Assembly: GCA_965207735.1 (NCBI GenBank)
Contig: OZ242296.1
Coordinates: forward strand, 1,344,001-1,408,000
Reading direction: 5' to 3'
DNA length: 64,000 bases
Source of the DNA: Candidatus Versatilivorator sp.
Lineage (GTDB): Bacteria > Acidobacteriota > Terriglobia > Versatilivoradales > Versatilivoraceae
Below are positions 45,488 to 55,674 of this stretch, piece by piece. Below the pieces are notes generated by a model, which did not search any database, was not told the origin of the DNA, and saw only the letters and a list, made by a program, of their open reading frames with translations. The translations under genes and the position numbers were made by a program. How positions within the stretch are numbered: the first letter of the stretch is position 1; each line of letters begins with the position of its first letter.

Positions 45488-46500
45488 GGTCCAACGGCTT
45501 CCATCTTGTGAGAGCGGTCGTGGTAGCGACCGAATATCATCTTGCCCGCGGTGGTCTGGAGGACGCTGGTGACCGATGTGTCAATGGTCTTTCCGATCAT
45601 CTTCCTGGCGTTATCCACCACCACCATGGTGCCGTCATCGAGGTAGGCCACCCCCTGGTTGTACTCTTTGCCCTCTTTGAGAATGAATACCTTCATCACC
45701 TCGCCGGGAAGGACGACCGGCTTCAGCGAATTGGCCAACTCATTGATATTCAACACGGGAACATCTTGCAACTGAGCTATTTTGTTGAGATTGAAGTCGT
45801 TGGTAACAATCTTGGCATCCAGGTCCTTGGCCAGCTCGATGAGCTTCAGGTCCACTTCCCGGATGTGAGGAAAATCCTTCTCCAGAATCTGAACTTCAAT
45901 CCCGGCCATTTTCTGTATGCGCTGCAGGATATCCAGACCGCGCCGACCGCGATTTCGCTTCAGGGAATCTGCCGAATCGGCTACCTGCTGGAGCTCACGC
46001 AGCACAAACTGCGGTACGAGCAGGACTCCGTCGATAAAGCCGGTCTCACAGACGTCAGCAACGCGTCCGTCAATGATCACGCTGGTATCCAGGATCTTGT
46101 AGTTCTTTCCGCTGCGCCTCTCCCCGGCAAAAAACCCGCCCAAAGCCGACAGGTTGAGAAGGTCGCCCTTGTTGGCTCCCATCACCAGACCGACGTACCC
46201 CATGAAAAGGAACAGTCCGATTTGAAGAAACGACATGGTTTCGGGGTCCATGGTGGTCTTGACCAGCATGCTGCCGATCATGGCGGCTCCGCTGATGCCC
46301 AGAATGGACCCGATGGCAGCTCCGATGAGCTGTTTCAACGAGGTCTTTCTCAAGCGCACTTCGAATACGATGATCGCCGCGGAAGCCACGCCCCCGACAG
46401 CCGCCGCCCAGGGCTTGGTCAAATCAAATGGCTGAAAGTAATAGCAGCTGAAAATGAAAACCGCACAAAACACCACCCGAACAAAAGTTGTCTCCAACAA
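45484..46500 (-). CDS. Membrane PIN/TRAM domain protein (YacL-like)
   Basis: N-terminal TM segments, LDTSVIIDGR, TNDFNL, GVAYLDDGTMVVV, LQTTAGKMIF. Confidence 0.93.
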   Translation of the reverse strand: MLETTFVRVVFCAVFIFSCYYFQPFDLTKPWAAAVGGVASAAIIVFEVRLRKTSLKQLIGAAIGSILGISGAAMIGSMLVKTTMDPETMSFLQIGLFLFMGYVGLVMGANKGDLLNLSALGGFFAGERRSGKNYKILDTSVIIDGRVADVCETGFIDGVLLVPQFVLRELQQVADSADSLKRNRGRRGLDILQRIQKMAGIEVQILEKDFPHIREVDLKLIELAKDLDAKIVTNDFNLNKIAQLQDVPVLNINELANSLKPVVLPGEVMKVFILKEGKEYNQGVAYLDDGTMVVVDNARKMIGKTIDTSVTSVLQTTAGKMIFGRYHDRSHKMEAVGP

Positions 46501-46839
46501 CTGGTCTCACCCCCTTCGAATCAGGACGGAACGCCCGCAACTTGGCTGGAAAGAGCCGCAATATTCGGCACAATAATTGACAAGGGAACAACTGGTACAG
46601 GCAGGTCTTTCGGCGAGAAGAAGCTTGGAGGAACAATCAACAGGCTGCCTGCCGACGTTGGTCATTTTGAAACCCCATTTCATTCGGAGCACTGAATCAG
46701 TGTCTTGAATCGAATTCCATGGGAGTCGCAGGAAGTCGCATCCCGCGTGGGTGCAGTATAGCATTGTACCGGTGTTGCATTCAACCGCCGCGCCGTTTCG
46801 CCGGGAAGAACTTGTCCCAGCAAGCTCAAACACTTATAC

Positions 46840-49296
46840 TTGACGGAGCGTTCGTCTTGGTTGAGCACACTCGCGGTGAATCCCACCCCTCTTCGCCCCG
46901 AAGTCCATGTTGGGCCGGTTCCGGTGGCATCCGGACCTGGCCGCCTGCCGTTTCTGCTGGCCTTTCTGGCCATTTTTGTATCACCGCCCCTGCAAGCTTC
47001 CACCTTCGAACGGGAGGTGCTGCCTTTCCTGGCGCGGCACTGCCTGCAGTGCCACAACGCCAATCTCAGAACCGCCGAAATCGATCTGAGTGAATTCGAC
47101 CCCCGACTGCCGGTCCGAGACAGGCAGGAGTTGTGGCAGGCCGTGCTGAGGGAGCTTCGCGCCGGCCGCATGCCCCCGCCGGGCAGTCCACGTCCGACCG
47201 TGGATCAATTGAGGACCATAGGCGAGTGGATCGAGGCGAGACTCGAGGAAGAGGCTGCCGGCGTGTCACCCAGCCCGGGACGGGTCACGGCCAGGCGGCT
47301 CAATCGAAGTGAATACGACAATACCGTTCGCGACTGGTTGGGCCTGGATCTTCACTTGTCGGAGAACTTTCCGCTGGATGATTCCGGTTACGGATTCGAC
47401 AACATCGGGGATGTGCTCTCGCTCTCTCCGCTGTTAATGGAAAAATACCTGGCGGCTGCCGAAGAGATCGCCGGCCGAGCTGTGGTGGTTCGGCGAAAAA
47501 CAAGGCCCATGCTGGCCCGTTACCTGGCCTCCCGAAGCCGGCAGCCCCCCTCTGTTCCGGAAGGCGTCCACACCGTACCCTACTCGCCCGAGGGCGAGCT
47601 TCGCGCCCGGCATTCCTTTCCCTCCCCGGGAGAGTACGAACTGAGGGTCAGACTGGTGGACAGAAGGAGAATGCCGCCGGCCGAAGAGGGACAGTGGGCG
47701 CCGGCCGAGCTGCCTTCAGCCACCCTGTCGGTCCTGCTTGACGACAGCACCCTTCAGACCTTTCACGTCGAGACAGACGCATACCACAGGGGCACCTTCG
47801 ACATTCGCATCCGGGTCGAATCGGGTGTGCATCGGCTGGACGCGTTGCCCCGGTTGGATTCCGAGTCGCTGGGTACGATTTTCAACCAGGCGGTCTGGGA
47901 GGACAGAGTGGAGGATCCCCCGGAACGCCTGGTCTATGCCGATTCCATGGAAATCCTGGGTCCATTCAATGTGAAGCCAAAGCCCCTGACCGACAGCCAT
48001 CGCCGGGTCCTGATCTGCGGTCACCAGCCCGAGAAACACCTGGAGGAATGCACCGATTCGATTCTGCGGAACCTGACGTTGCGAGCCTACCGCCGGCCTG
48101 CAACCGAGCAGGAGATCAACCGGTTGCGCGGCCTGGTAGCCTCGGCTCAAGGTGACGGTGAGCCCTTGGAACGAGGAATCCAGCTGGCTCTTCAAGCCGT
48201 CCTGGCCTCGCCCCATTTCCTCTTTCGACCTGAATTCGATCCGGAGGCCGGCCCCGCCGGTTCCCATTACCCCGTAGGACCCTACGAACTCGCCTCTCGT
48301 CTCTCCTACTTCCTCTGGAGCAGCCTGCCCGACGACGAACTCTTCGCTTTGGCCCGGGAAGCCAAAATTCACGATCCTCGGGTTATGAGGCAACAGGTGG
48401 GGCGGATGCTCAAGGATCCCAAGTCCGAGGCCCTGGTGGAAAATTTTGCCGGGCAGTGGCTGCAACTAAGGAATCTGGAGAGCGCCCAACCCGACCCCGA
48501 CCGGTTTCCCGACTTTGACGAACCATTGCGGGAGGCCATGCGTCGCGAAACGGAGCTCTTTTTCCGATGGATCCTGGAAAAGGACCGCAGCCTGATCGAT
48601 TTTCTGGACGCCAACTACACCTTCCTCAACCAGCGTCTGGCCCGTCACTACGGGCATCCAGGAATCGAAGGCCCGCTGTTCCGGAGGATTGAGATTGCCG
48701 GTGATCAGCGAGGAGGACTGATGACACATGCCAGCATCCTGACTGTGTCGTCCTATCCGACCCGAACCTCCCCGGTATTGCGGGGCAAGTGGATCCTGGA
48801 AACCCTCCTTGGCGCCCCACCTCCGCCACCACCGGTCATGGAGACACTCGAGGAAGAACCGGAGAGTGGCTCGATGACCCTGAGGCAACGCCTGGAGAAA
48901 CACCGGAGCCAACCTGCCTGCGCCGCCTGCCACCAGAAGATGGACGCCCTGGGTTTCGGGTTGGAAAACTACGACGCTATCGGAGCCTGGCGGACGAAAG
49001 ACGGCGGGGTCCCGGTCGACGCCGCCGGAGAGTTGCCGGGCGGACGCTCGTTTCAGGGACCGAAGGGTCTCAAGGCGCTGCTGGCCCAAACGGAGCGCGA
49101 CGCATTCGTTCGCTGCCTGACCGAAAAAATGTTAACCTACGCCCTGGGAAGAGGCCTGGAATCCTACGACAAGGCCGCCGTTGACCGGATCTGCCGGGAA
49201 TTGGAAAACAACGGCTTCAGGTTCAGCCAACTGGTCCAATCCATTGTCGAGAGCCTGCCGTTCCAAATGAGGGCCACCAACGGAGGAGGATCATGA
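46840..49296 (+). CDS. DUF1592/1588/1587/1595/1585 protein with planctomycete-type cytochrome c domains (start probably downstream of 46840)
   Basis: CLQCH, MPP, RRLNRSEY, GFDN, LASRLSYFLWSS, SPVLRG, CAACH and YALGR motifs. Confidence 0.88.
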   Translation: MTERSSWLSTLAVNPTPLRPEVHVGPVPVASGPGRLPFLLAFLAIFVSPPLQASTFEREVLPFLARHCLQCHNANLRTAEIDLSEFDPRLPVRDRQELWQAVLRELRAGRMPPPGSPRPTVDQLRTIGEWIEARLEEEAAGVSPSPGRVTARRLNRSEYDNTVRDWLGLDLHLSENFPLDDSGYGFDNIGDVLSLSPLLMEKYLAAAEEIAGRAVVVRRKTRPMLARYLASRSRQPPSVPEGVHTVPYSPEGELRARHSFPSPGEYELRVRLVDRRRMPPAEEGQWAPAELPSATLSVLLDDSTLQTFHVETDAYHRGTFDIRIRVESGVHRLDALPRLDSESLGTIFNQAVWEDRVEDPPERLVYADSMEILGPFNVKPKPLTDSHRRVLICGHQPEKHLEECTDSILRNLTLRAYRRPATEQEINRLRGLVASAQGDGEPLERGIQLALQAVLASPHFLFRPEFDPEAGPAGSHYPVGPYELASRLSYFLWSSLPDDELFALAREAKIHDPRVMRQQVGRMLKDPKSEALVENFAGQWLQLRNLESAQPDPDRFPDFDEPLREAMRRETELFFRWILEKDRSLIDFLDANYTFLNQRLARHYGHPGIEGPLFRRIEIAGDQRGGLMTHASILTVSSYPTRTSPVLRGKWILETLLGAPPPPPPVMETLEEEPESGSMTLRQRLEKHRSQPACAACHQKMDALGFGLENYDAIGAWRTKDGGVPVDAAGELPGGRSFQGPKGLKALLAQTERDAFVRCLTEKMLTYALGRGLESYDKAAVDRICRELENNGFRFSQLVQSIVESLPFQMRATNGGGS

Positions 49297-50636
49297 CGCC
49301 ACGACATCTTCCACGGCGAACCTTTCTGCGTGGGATGGGAGTAGCCATCGGCCTCCCCTGGCTGGATGCCATGGTTCCCGCCTTTGCCGCCAAGGCCCCG
49401 ACCTCGGCGGACTCACCGACCCGACTGGCCTTTGTCTACGTTCCCAATGGAATCATCATGTCCGACTGGACGCCGGCCGCAGTGGGCTCAGACTTCGAGC
49501 TGCCGTCCATCCTGCAGCCCCTGGAGGACTACCGCAACGACTGCCTCTGGCTCAGCGGACTGACCCACAACAACGGCCGTGCTCTCGGCGACGGTCCCGG
49601 CGACCACGCCCGGGCCGCGGCTTCCTACCTCACCGGAGTCCATCCCAAGAAGACCCAGGGAGTGGATATCCGGAATGGCATCTCGGTGGACCAGATTGCG
49701 GCTCAGGCCGTCGGCGGCCGGACCCGCTTTGCCTCCCTGGAGCTGGGAACCGAACACACCCGCCTGGTCGGCAATTGCGACTCCGGTTACAGCTGCGCCT
49801 ACAACAACAGCATTTCCTGGCGCAGCCCCACCAGTCCCATGCCGCCCGAGGTCAATCCAAGCTCGATCTTCAATCGCCTCTTCGGCGCCCCTCGGGATGC
49901 GAACGAATCCAGCCAAACCCGCGCCAAGGACCGGACCAGCATTCTGGACCTGGTCCAGGACGAGGCGCGCAGTCTTTTCAATCGCCTGGGTCCGGTGGAC
50001 CGCCGCAAGCTGGACGAATACCTGTTTGCGGTCCGCGACATCGAAAAACGAATCGAGTCGCTCCAGAGCGAGCCGGCCGAACCGGCGCCGGACATGGACA
50101 TACCCGAGGGCATCCCCATCGAATTTGTCGAGCACCTGCGACTGCTGTACGATCTTCAGACGGTGGCCTTCCAGACGAACCTGACCCGTGTTACAACTCT
50201 GATGGTGGGGCGGGAGGGCAGCAACCGAACCTACCGGGAGATCGGCGTGGCCGGAGCGCACCACGGACTCACTCACCACCAGGGAGATCAGGCCAAGATC
50301 GAGCAGATCACCAGGATCAACCGCTACCACGTGGAGCAGTTCGCCTATTGGCTGGGAAAACTGAAGTCGATTTCCGACGGCGACGGCAGTTTGCTTGACA
50401 ACCTCATGGTTGTCTACGGTAGCGGTCTCAGCGACGGCAACGAACACCTGCACCACGACCTGCCGGTGATGGTCGCCGGACGTGGTTCCGGGAGCCTCCA
50501 CCCCGGCCGCCATGTCCGCTACCCCGACGAGACACCGTTGACCAATCTTTACATGACCCTGCTGAGCCACATGGGCGTCCATCCCGAGTCGATCGGCGAC
50601 AGCAACGGCCAACTACAGCTTCTGTCGGAGATTTGA
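49293..50636 (+). CDS. DUF1552 domain protein with Tat signal
   Basis: RRTFLRG twin-arginine signal, YVPNG, ISVDQ, HHGLTHH and DGNEH motifs; ATGA overlap with the DUF1592 gene. Confidence 0.9.
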   Translation: MTPRHLPRRTFLRGMGVAIGLPWLDAMVPAFAAKAPTSADSPTRLAFVYVPNGIIMSDWTPAAVGSDFELPSILQPLEDYRNDCLWLSGLTHNNGRALGDGPGDHARAAASYLTGVHPKKTQGVDIRNGISVDQIAAQAVGGRTRFASLELGTEHTRLVGNCDSGYSCAYNNSISWRSPTSPMPPEVNPSSIFNRLFGAPRDANESSQTRAKDRTSILDLVQDEARSLFNRLGPVDRRKLDEYLFAVRDIEKRIESLQSEPAEPAPDMDIPEGIPIEFVEHLRLLYDLQTVAFQTNLTRVTTLMVGREGSNRTYREIGVAGAHHGLTHHQGDQAKIEQITRINRYHVEQFAYWLGKLKSISDGDGSLLDNLMVVYGSGLSDGNEHLHHDLPVMVAGRGSGSLHPGRHVRYPDETPLTNLYMTLLSHMGVHPESIGDSNGQLQLLSEI

Positions 50637-50649
50637 TCCTGGTCTGCCG

Positions 50650-51774
50650 GTGGCATATTCCGCACGCAACAGAATTAGAGCCCTGATCAGGAGCGCCGGC
50701 GTTGTCACGCTCCTGGCCATCAGCGCGCCAATGTACGCCGAAACCCTCTTTAACGGCCGTCCTTCCCTGATTCTGGAGGGCCAGGCCGCCCGGTTGGTGG
50801 TGGATCTCGGTGGAGGTTCATTGGTGGACTTCCGCTTGAGCGGGCACTCCGTCAACCCTCTCCAGTGGGACCCGGGGGAATCGGTGGTCTTGAAACCCTT
50901 GGGCCATTTCCTCTGCCTGGATCGCTGGGGCGCGCCCTCGGAAGCCGAAGAAAGCAACGGGATGTTCTTTCACGGGGAGGCTACCCGGGTCGAGTGGACG
51001 GTTCACGAGGGACCGGCTCGCAAGGGTGATGCCGTGGAAGCGAAAATGTCGGCCCTGCTTCCCATGGCCGGACTTGAGGTCTTGCGGACCGTTCGCCTGT
51101 CCGACTCCTCGGCGAGCTGCATCGTCTCCGAAAGCGTTACCAACAGAAACAAGCTGGGGCGTATCTACAATATGGTCCAGCACCCCACCATCGGCCCCCC
51201 GTTCCTGGACGAGGGCACCCTGGTCGACAGCAACGCGCGCAAGGGCTTCATGCAGACCAGCCCCCTACCCAACCCGGAGGAGCCGGCAGTGTATTGGCCC
51301 CAGGCGCTCAAACAGGGTCAACCGCTGTCGCTGCGCAGACTGGCGGACGACTCGGACCCCAACGTGGTCTCTTTTGTCTTTGACGTAGACCTTGGCTGGA
51401 TCACCGCCAGCAGTCCCTCGCAAGGGTTGCTGATCGGGTACCTGTGGAGCACTGCGGAGTACCCCTGGCTCAACATCTGGCGCCACTCGGAAAACGGCAA
51501 GCCGCAGGCGCGGGGACTGGAGTTCGGAACCAGCGGACTGCACCACCCCTTCCCGGTCCTGGTCGAGAAGGGCAGAATCTTCGGCCGACCGCTCTATGTT
51601 CACCTGGACGCCGGTCAGACCACGGTGCGGTCTTATCTGGCCTTCCTGTTCAAGATCCCCGAAGATTACCGGGGGGTGGCCGGCCTGACCTATCGGAGCG
51701 GCCGCCTGGTCATCCGGGAACTGGGAGGAAGCAGTGACCGGGACCTGAGCATGACCACCGGAGCCTTCCCTTAA
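50650..51774 (+). CDS. Hypothetical exported protein, galactose-mutarotase-like beta-sandwich
   Basis: 374-aa ORF in the same operon; HGEA, QH, YPWLNIW and GLEF segments recall the aldose-epimerase fold (inference). Confidence 0.65.
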   Translation: MAYSARNRIRALIRSAGVVTLLAISAPMYAETLFNGRPSLILEGQAARLVVDLGGGSLVDFRLSGHSVNPLQWDPGESVVLKPLGHFLCLDRWGAPSEAEESNGMFFHGEATRVEWTVHEGPARKGDAVEAKMSALLPMAGLEVLRTVRLSDSSASCIVSESVTNRNKLGRIYNMVQHPTIGPPFLDEGTLVDSNARKGFMQTSPLPNPEEPAVYWPQALKQGQPLSLRRLADDSDPNVVSFVFDVDLGWITASSPSQGLLIGYLWSTAEYPWLNIWRHSENGKPQARGLEFGTSGLHHPFPVLVEKGRIFGRPLYVHLDAGQTTVRSYLAFLFKIPEDYRGVAGLTYRSGRLVIRELGGSSDRDLSMTTGAFP

Positions 51775-52780
51775 ACAAACGACAAACGACAAAAGAAAAA
51801 GACTTATCCACGAAGGGGCACAAAGAACGACGAAGGGCCACCAAGGCGCTGGAGAAGGCTCAAGAGGGATGGGGCGAAGGTCGGCAAGGGGATCAAGGAA
51901 GGACACAAGGGACAAAGAGGATTTGTCCGCGAAGAAGCAACAAGGACTGCGGCGGAGCCAGTGGGGGGCGCTTCCGATCCCATCGTGATTTACAGGGATG
52001 ATTAACATCGATGCACAGGATTCACAGGATTCTTCAGGAAACGGCCAGCTTCTAATGCCGGGAATCCGCAAATCCGCACCGGATCATCGCCCGAGTTGGC
52101 TTCTGGTGCAGGAAGCTCTCGTCCTGTTAATCCTGTTAATCCTGTGCATTGATGTTCAATAGGTAGAAATCCATGCTAACCGAACAGGGTCCTTGTTCCC
52201 GACCGGCTGTGAAGATTCGTTGTTTCACTCTCGTATGATCCGCACGGCAGGGCGGGGGCTCGGCTTGCCTGAAACAAACCCCTTGCGCCGGGTGGCTGGA
52301 GACCGGCTCAAGGTCAAGCATGGGTAGTTGGTTTATTCACATGGATGCACAGGATGCACAGGATTTTTTCCGGAGACGGCTGGCTTGCAGTCCTGGACAT
52401 CCGCAAATCCACACTCGATCATTGAGCGAGTCTGCTTCCCGCGCGACGGCCTCTCGTCCTGTTAATCCTGTTTATCCTGTGCATCGATGTTCAATTTATA
52501 GTCTTTCTCGTTTGATCTTCCCCAAGGCGGGCCTTGGCTATGCCCAATGCCCCGATTCCCAGTCAGCGTTTCGTGCAGCGGCCTCTGGTCCTATTAATCC
52601 TGTCCCTTTGGTTGCCGCTCGCTTTCCCTGCGATGCCGCAGCCCACCCTCCTGCCAGCGGGAATCGCATGGGCTCGGCCGAAGCAGAGCCATGGCGCCGT
52701 TGCCGTTCGATCCGGGTCGAGAAAATGGGTGAGGCTATACCAGGATTTGTGCGGGCGGGACGCCCGCGCTCCCGGGGGGG
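51775..52780. repeat. Composite repeat region: module-A arm, two module-B elements, full 58-bp linker (52220-52277), REP-like module E
   Basis: Alignment to the 24.3-26.1 kb array, 2640-2985 and 57270-57578. Confidence 0.88.
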
Positions 52781-52804
52781 TCTTCTTCCCATGCCGCCGG
52801 GATC

Positions 52805-54256
52805 ATGAACGAACCCTGGAAAACGAAAATCACCGAGAGCACCCGGAATTCCTTCGGGAAAGCTCATCCGTTGCGGGTCTGCCTGCTGCTGGCGCTTGGC
52901 CTGGCTGCTCTCTCCATGCAGCCAAGCCGGGCCGAACCGCCCAAAGACAACCCCGAGGACATCCCTCCCCTGGAGTTGTTCTTTCAGGCCGGAGCCGCCA
53001 AGGAGGCCGACGCCAAACCTGCACTGGAGGCCATCAGCCGTTCCTGGCGAGACTCCTATACGGCCATGCTGGTCGAGCTCAGCGGTCCGACCTACCCTGA
53101 AATCAAGAGTCGGCTCTTTCGCTTCCTCAGCAAGCAGACCCGCCAATTCTTCGGGCAGGACCACCAGCGCTGGTTGAGGTGGGTCTGGAAGCAGCCCTAC
53201 GATCCCCACCCTGCATACCTCATCTTCAAGCGCTCCTTCTACAAGATCATCGATCCGCGAATGGTCAAGTTCTTCCCGCCGGGCGCCCGCTCCCTGGTCC
53301 GGCTGGACGAGGTGCAATGGGGAGGGGTGAAGGTCAACGGCATCCCTCCTCTCGACCACCCCGAGAACATTCCGGCCAGTGAGGCCGACTACCTCAAGGA
53401 CAACCACGTCGTCTTCGGTCTATCGGTGGAGGGCAGTGCTCGAGCCTATCCCAAGCGGATTCTGGCATGGCACGAGATGGCGCTGGACAGAGTGGGAGGG
53501 ACCGATATTACCCTGGTCTACTGCACCCTCTGCGGTACCGCCATCCCCTACAAGAGCGTCGTCGGGGGGCGGCACCGGACCTTCGGCACCAGCGGACTGA
53601 TCTATCGGGCCAACAAGCTGATGTTCGATCACGAGTCCAACAGTCTGTGGTCTACCCTGCTGGGAACACCGGTGATCGGTAAATTGGCGGGCTCCGGCCT
53701 CAAGCTGGAGTCACTTCCCATCGTGACCACCCGCTGGGGGGAATGGAGGAAGAAACACCCCGACACCACCGTCCTGTCTCTGGACACGGGGCATGAGCGT
53801 GACTACCGCGAGGGCCAGGCCTACAAGCGGTACTTTGCGACCGATTCGCTGATGTTCCAGGTGGCCGAGAGGGACAAGCGCCTGAGAAACAAGACCGAAG
53901 TCCTGGGCATTGTGCTCTCTCCCTACGCCCCCGACGGCAAGGAGCAGTCTCTGGCGGTCAGCTCGAGATTCCTGAAAAAGAATCCCGTGTTCCAGACCGA
54001 GCTGGCCGGCCACCGCCTGACCATCCTGACGACCCGAGCCGGCGCCAACCGTGTCTTCAAGACCGGGGAGCAAGGGTTCCAACGGCTGCTGCGGGATGAC
54101 CGGGTGGTCGACGACAGCGGAAAAGCCTGGAAAATGACCGAAGACGGCCTGATTTCCGAGGAAAACCCCGACCGAGTGTTGCCTCGAGTCCCGGCCTTCC
54201 GCGCCTTTTGGTTCGGGTGGTTCGCTCAATATCCCGAGACCCGGCTGGTCAAGTAA
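52805..54256 (+). CDS. DUF3179 domain protein (Cys form)
   Basis: GGV..GIPPLD, RAYP, WHE, YCTLCG, FGTSG, SLWS and FWFGW motifs. Confidence 0.88.
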   Translation: MNEPWKTKITESTRNSFGKAHPLRVCLLLALGLAALSMQPSRAEPPKDNPEDIPPLELFFQAGAAKEADAKPALEAISRSWRDSYTAMLVELSGPTYPEIKSRLFRFLSKQTRQFFGQDHQRWLRWVWKQPYDPHPAYLIFKRSFYKIIDPRMVKFFPPGARSLVRLDEVQWGGVKVNGIPPLDHPENIPASEADYLKDNHVVFGLSVEGSARAYPKRILAWHEMALDRVGGTDITLVYCTLCGTAIPYKSVVGGRHRTFGTSGLIYRANKLMFDHESNSLWSTLLGTPVIGKLAGSGLKLESLPIVTTRWGEWRKKHPDTTVLSLDTGHERDYREGQAYKRYFATDSLMFQVAERDKRLRNKTEVLGIVLSPYAPDGKEQSLAVSSRFLKKNPVFQTELAGHRLTILTTRAGANRVFKTGEQGFQRLLRDDRVVDDSGKAWKMTEDGLISEENPDRVLPRVPAFRAFWFGWFAQYPETRLVK

Positions 54257-55508
54257 GTTGCCCGGGGGGATGCGGGTCTCGCACTTCCAGGAGGTCCCAG
54301 GCTGCTCTCTGCCTGGCAATGGCCGCCGGATTGGGCCATTGAGCCGGCGAAGTGATTCGTCCCGGCACTCCCGCTCGCCACACGGCCCGAGGCCGAAGGC
54401 GCTGTCGGACTCGGCGCAGCTGGGATTGGCAATCCTCCAATTCGCTGTCGACCCTGTCCAGCGAGAGCACCGTCACGTCCGCCTCCCTCCCGACTCCCAG
54501 GCTTCCGATGCGGTCGGCCCAGCCTATGGCCCTGGCCGGTTCAACGGTGGTTCGCCGAATGACTTCCGTCAGCGGCAGACCCAGGTGGAGCAGCTTGGTC
54601 ATGACCGTCGGCAAGTCGTAGGCAGGTCCTTCGCAGGTTCCGCTGTGAAGATCGCTGCTGATGGTGTCGGGCCAAAACCCCTGCTGAAAACTCAACTCGG
54701 CAACCGTCCAGTTGAACGATCCCTGCCCGAACCCCACGTCGAACAACACGCCCCTTTCCCGGGCTGCTCGGACCGAGGGATCCAACCGCCCGTCAGAACG
54801 GATGATGGTGCTGCGAAATCCATGGTAGGTGTGGGTATAAATGTCGCCCGCGGCCATTTTGCCCGGACAGTCTTCCAGACTCACCGTAGAGAGCGTGTGG
54901 TGGACCATCAGGGGAAGCCGGACCGCACGAGCCGCGGCCAGGGCCCGGCGATAGGCTTCGGCCTCGTTGCGTCCCTCATCGGCCAGTGAGGCCGAAAGAC
55001 GAACCTTGACTCCCGCAATCAGGTCGCGATTGGCATTCACGCAGTCGATGCAGCCCTCCAGGTCGGCCAAGTCCAGCAAATCCAACTCGCCGGGCGTAGC
55101 CTTGTCGCCGCCCAGCCTGGCGAAGGCCAGCCCCGCGCAAGAGATGTTGAGAAGGGCCAGCAGGCGGGTTCGGTTGGGCCGGAAGGCATAGGTTCGAAAG
55201 CCTTCGAAAGTGCTGCAGCCGGCGCTCCCGGTATCGACCGCCGTGGTCACCCCTCGCCCCTGGCAGTAGTGGTCCACGTTGATGCCCAGAGGGGTGACGT
55301 GCTCATAGCCGTGCATGTGCAGATCGATCAGGCCGGGAACCACCAGCAATCCCCTGGCGTCGAATCGCTGGTCGGAAGTTTCCTCGCGGGCCGACCGCGT
55401 CAACCGCGAAATGCGGCCCTCCCGGATACACAGGTCCAGCTGAGCGTCCACTCGATTGGCCGGGTCCATCACCCGGCCTCCCGCGATGATCCAGTCGTGA
55501 TGCGCCAT
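54249..55508 (-). CDS. Amidohydrolase/deacetylase family metallohydrolase (dihydroorotase-like)
   Basis: PGLIDLHMH, GVTTAVDTGSAG, GVKVR, LMVH and ISSDLH motifs. Confidence 0.88.
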   Translation of the reverse strand: MAHHDWIIAGGRVMDPANRVDAQLDLCIREGRISRLTRSAREETSDQRFDARGLLVVPGLIDLHMHGYEHVTPLGINVDHYCQGRGVTTAVDTGSAGCSTFEGFRTYAFRPNRTRLLALLNISCAGLAFARLGGDKATPGELDLLDLADLEGCIDCVNANRDLIAGVKVRLSASLADEGRNEAEAYRRALAAARAVRLPLMVHHTLSTVSLEDCPGKMAAGDIYTHTYHGFRSTIIRSDGRLDPSVRAARERGVLFDVGFGQGSFNWTVAELSFQQGFWPDTISSDLHSGTCEGPAYDLPTVMTKLLHLGLPLTEVIRRTTVEPARAIGWADRIGSLGVGREADVTVLSLDRVDSELEDCQSQLRRVRQRLRPRAVWRAGVPGRITSPAQWPNPAAIARQRAAWDLLEVRDPHPPGQLT

Positions 55509-55674
55509 GCGATCTTCCTGGGGGAAAGCCTGAGAACTTTCCTGGAAAAGGTGTTTTCCCGGGCTGGAATTAACAGTAAGATGCGACCGGGTTCAGGGGA
55601 TTCCGGGCTCCCCTGGCCACGCAACCGGCAATGAGAACATCCCGGCTCGCATTGCTCACCGATTCGGCGGCGAC

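Noticed and set aside
52805-54256. Third selenoprotein (DUF3179 family)
   Set aside because: The CxxC motif is encoded by TGC codons and there is no in-frame TGA.
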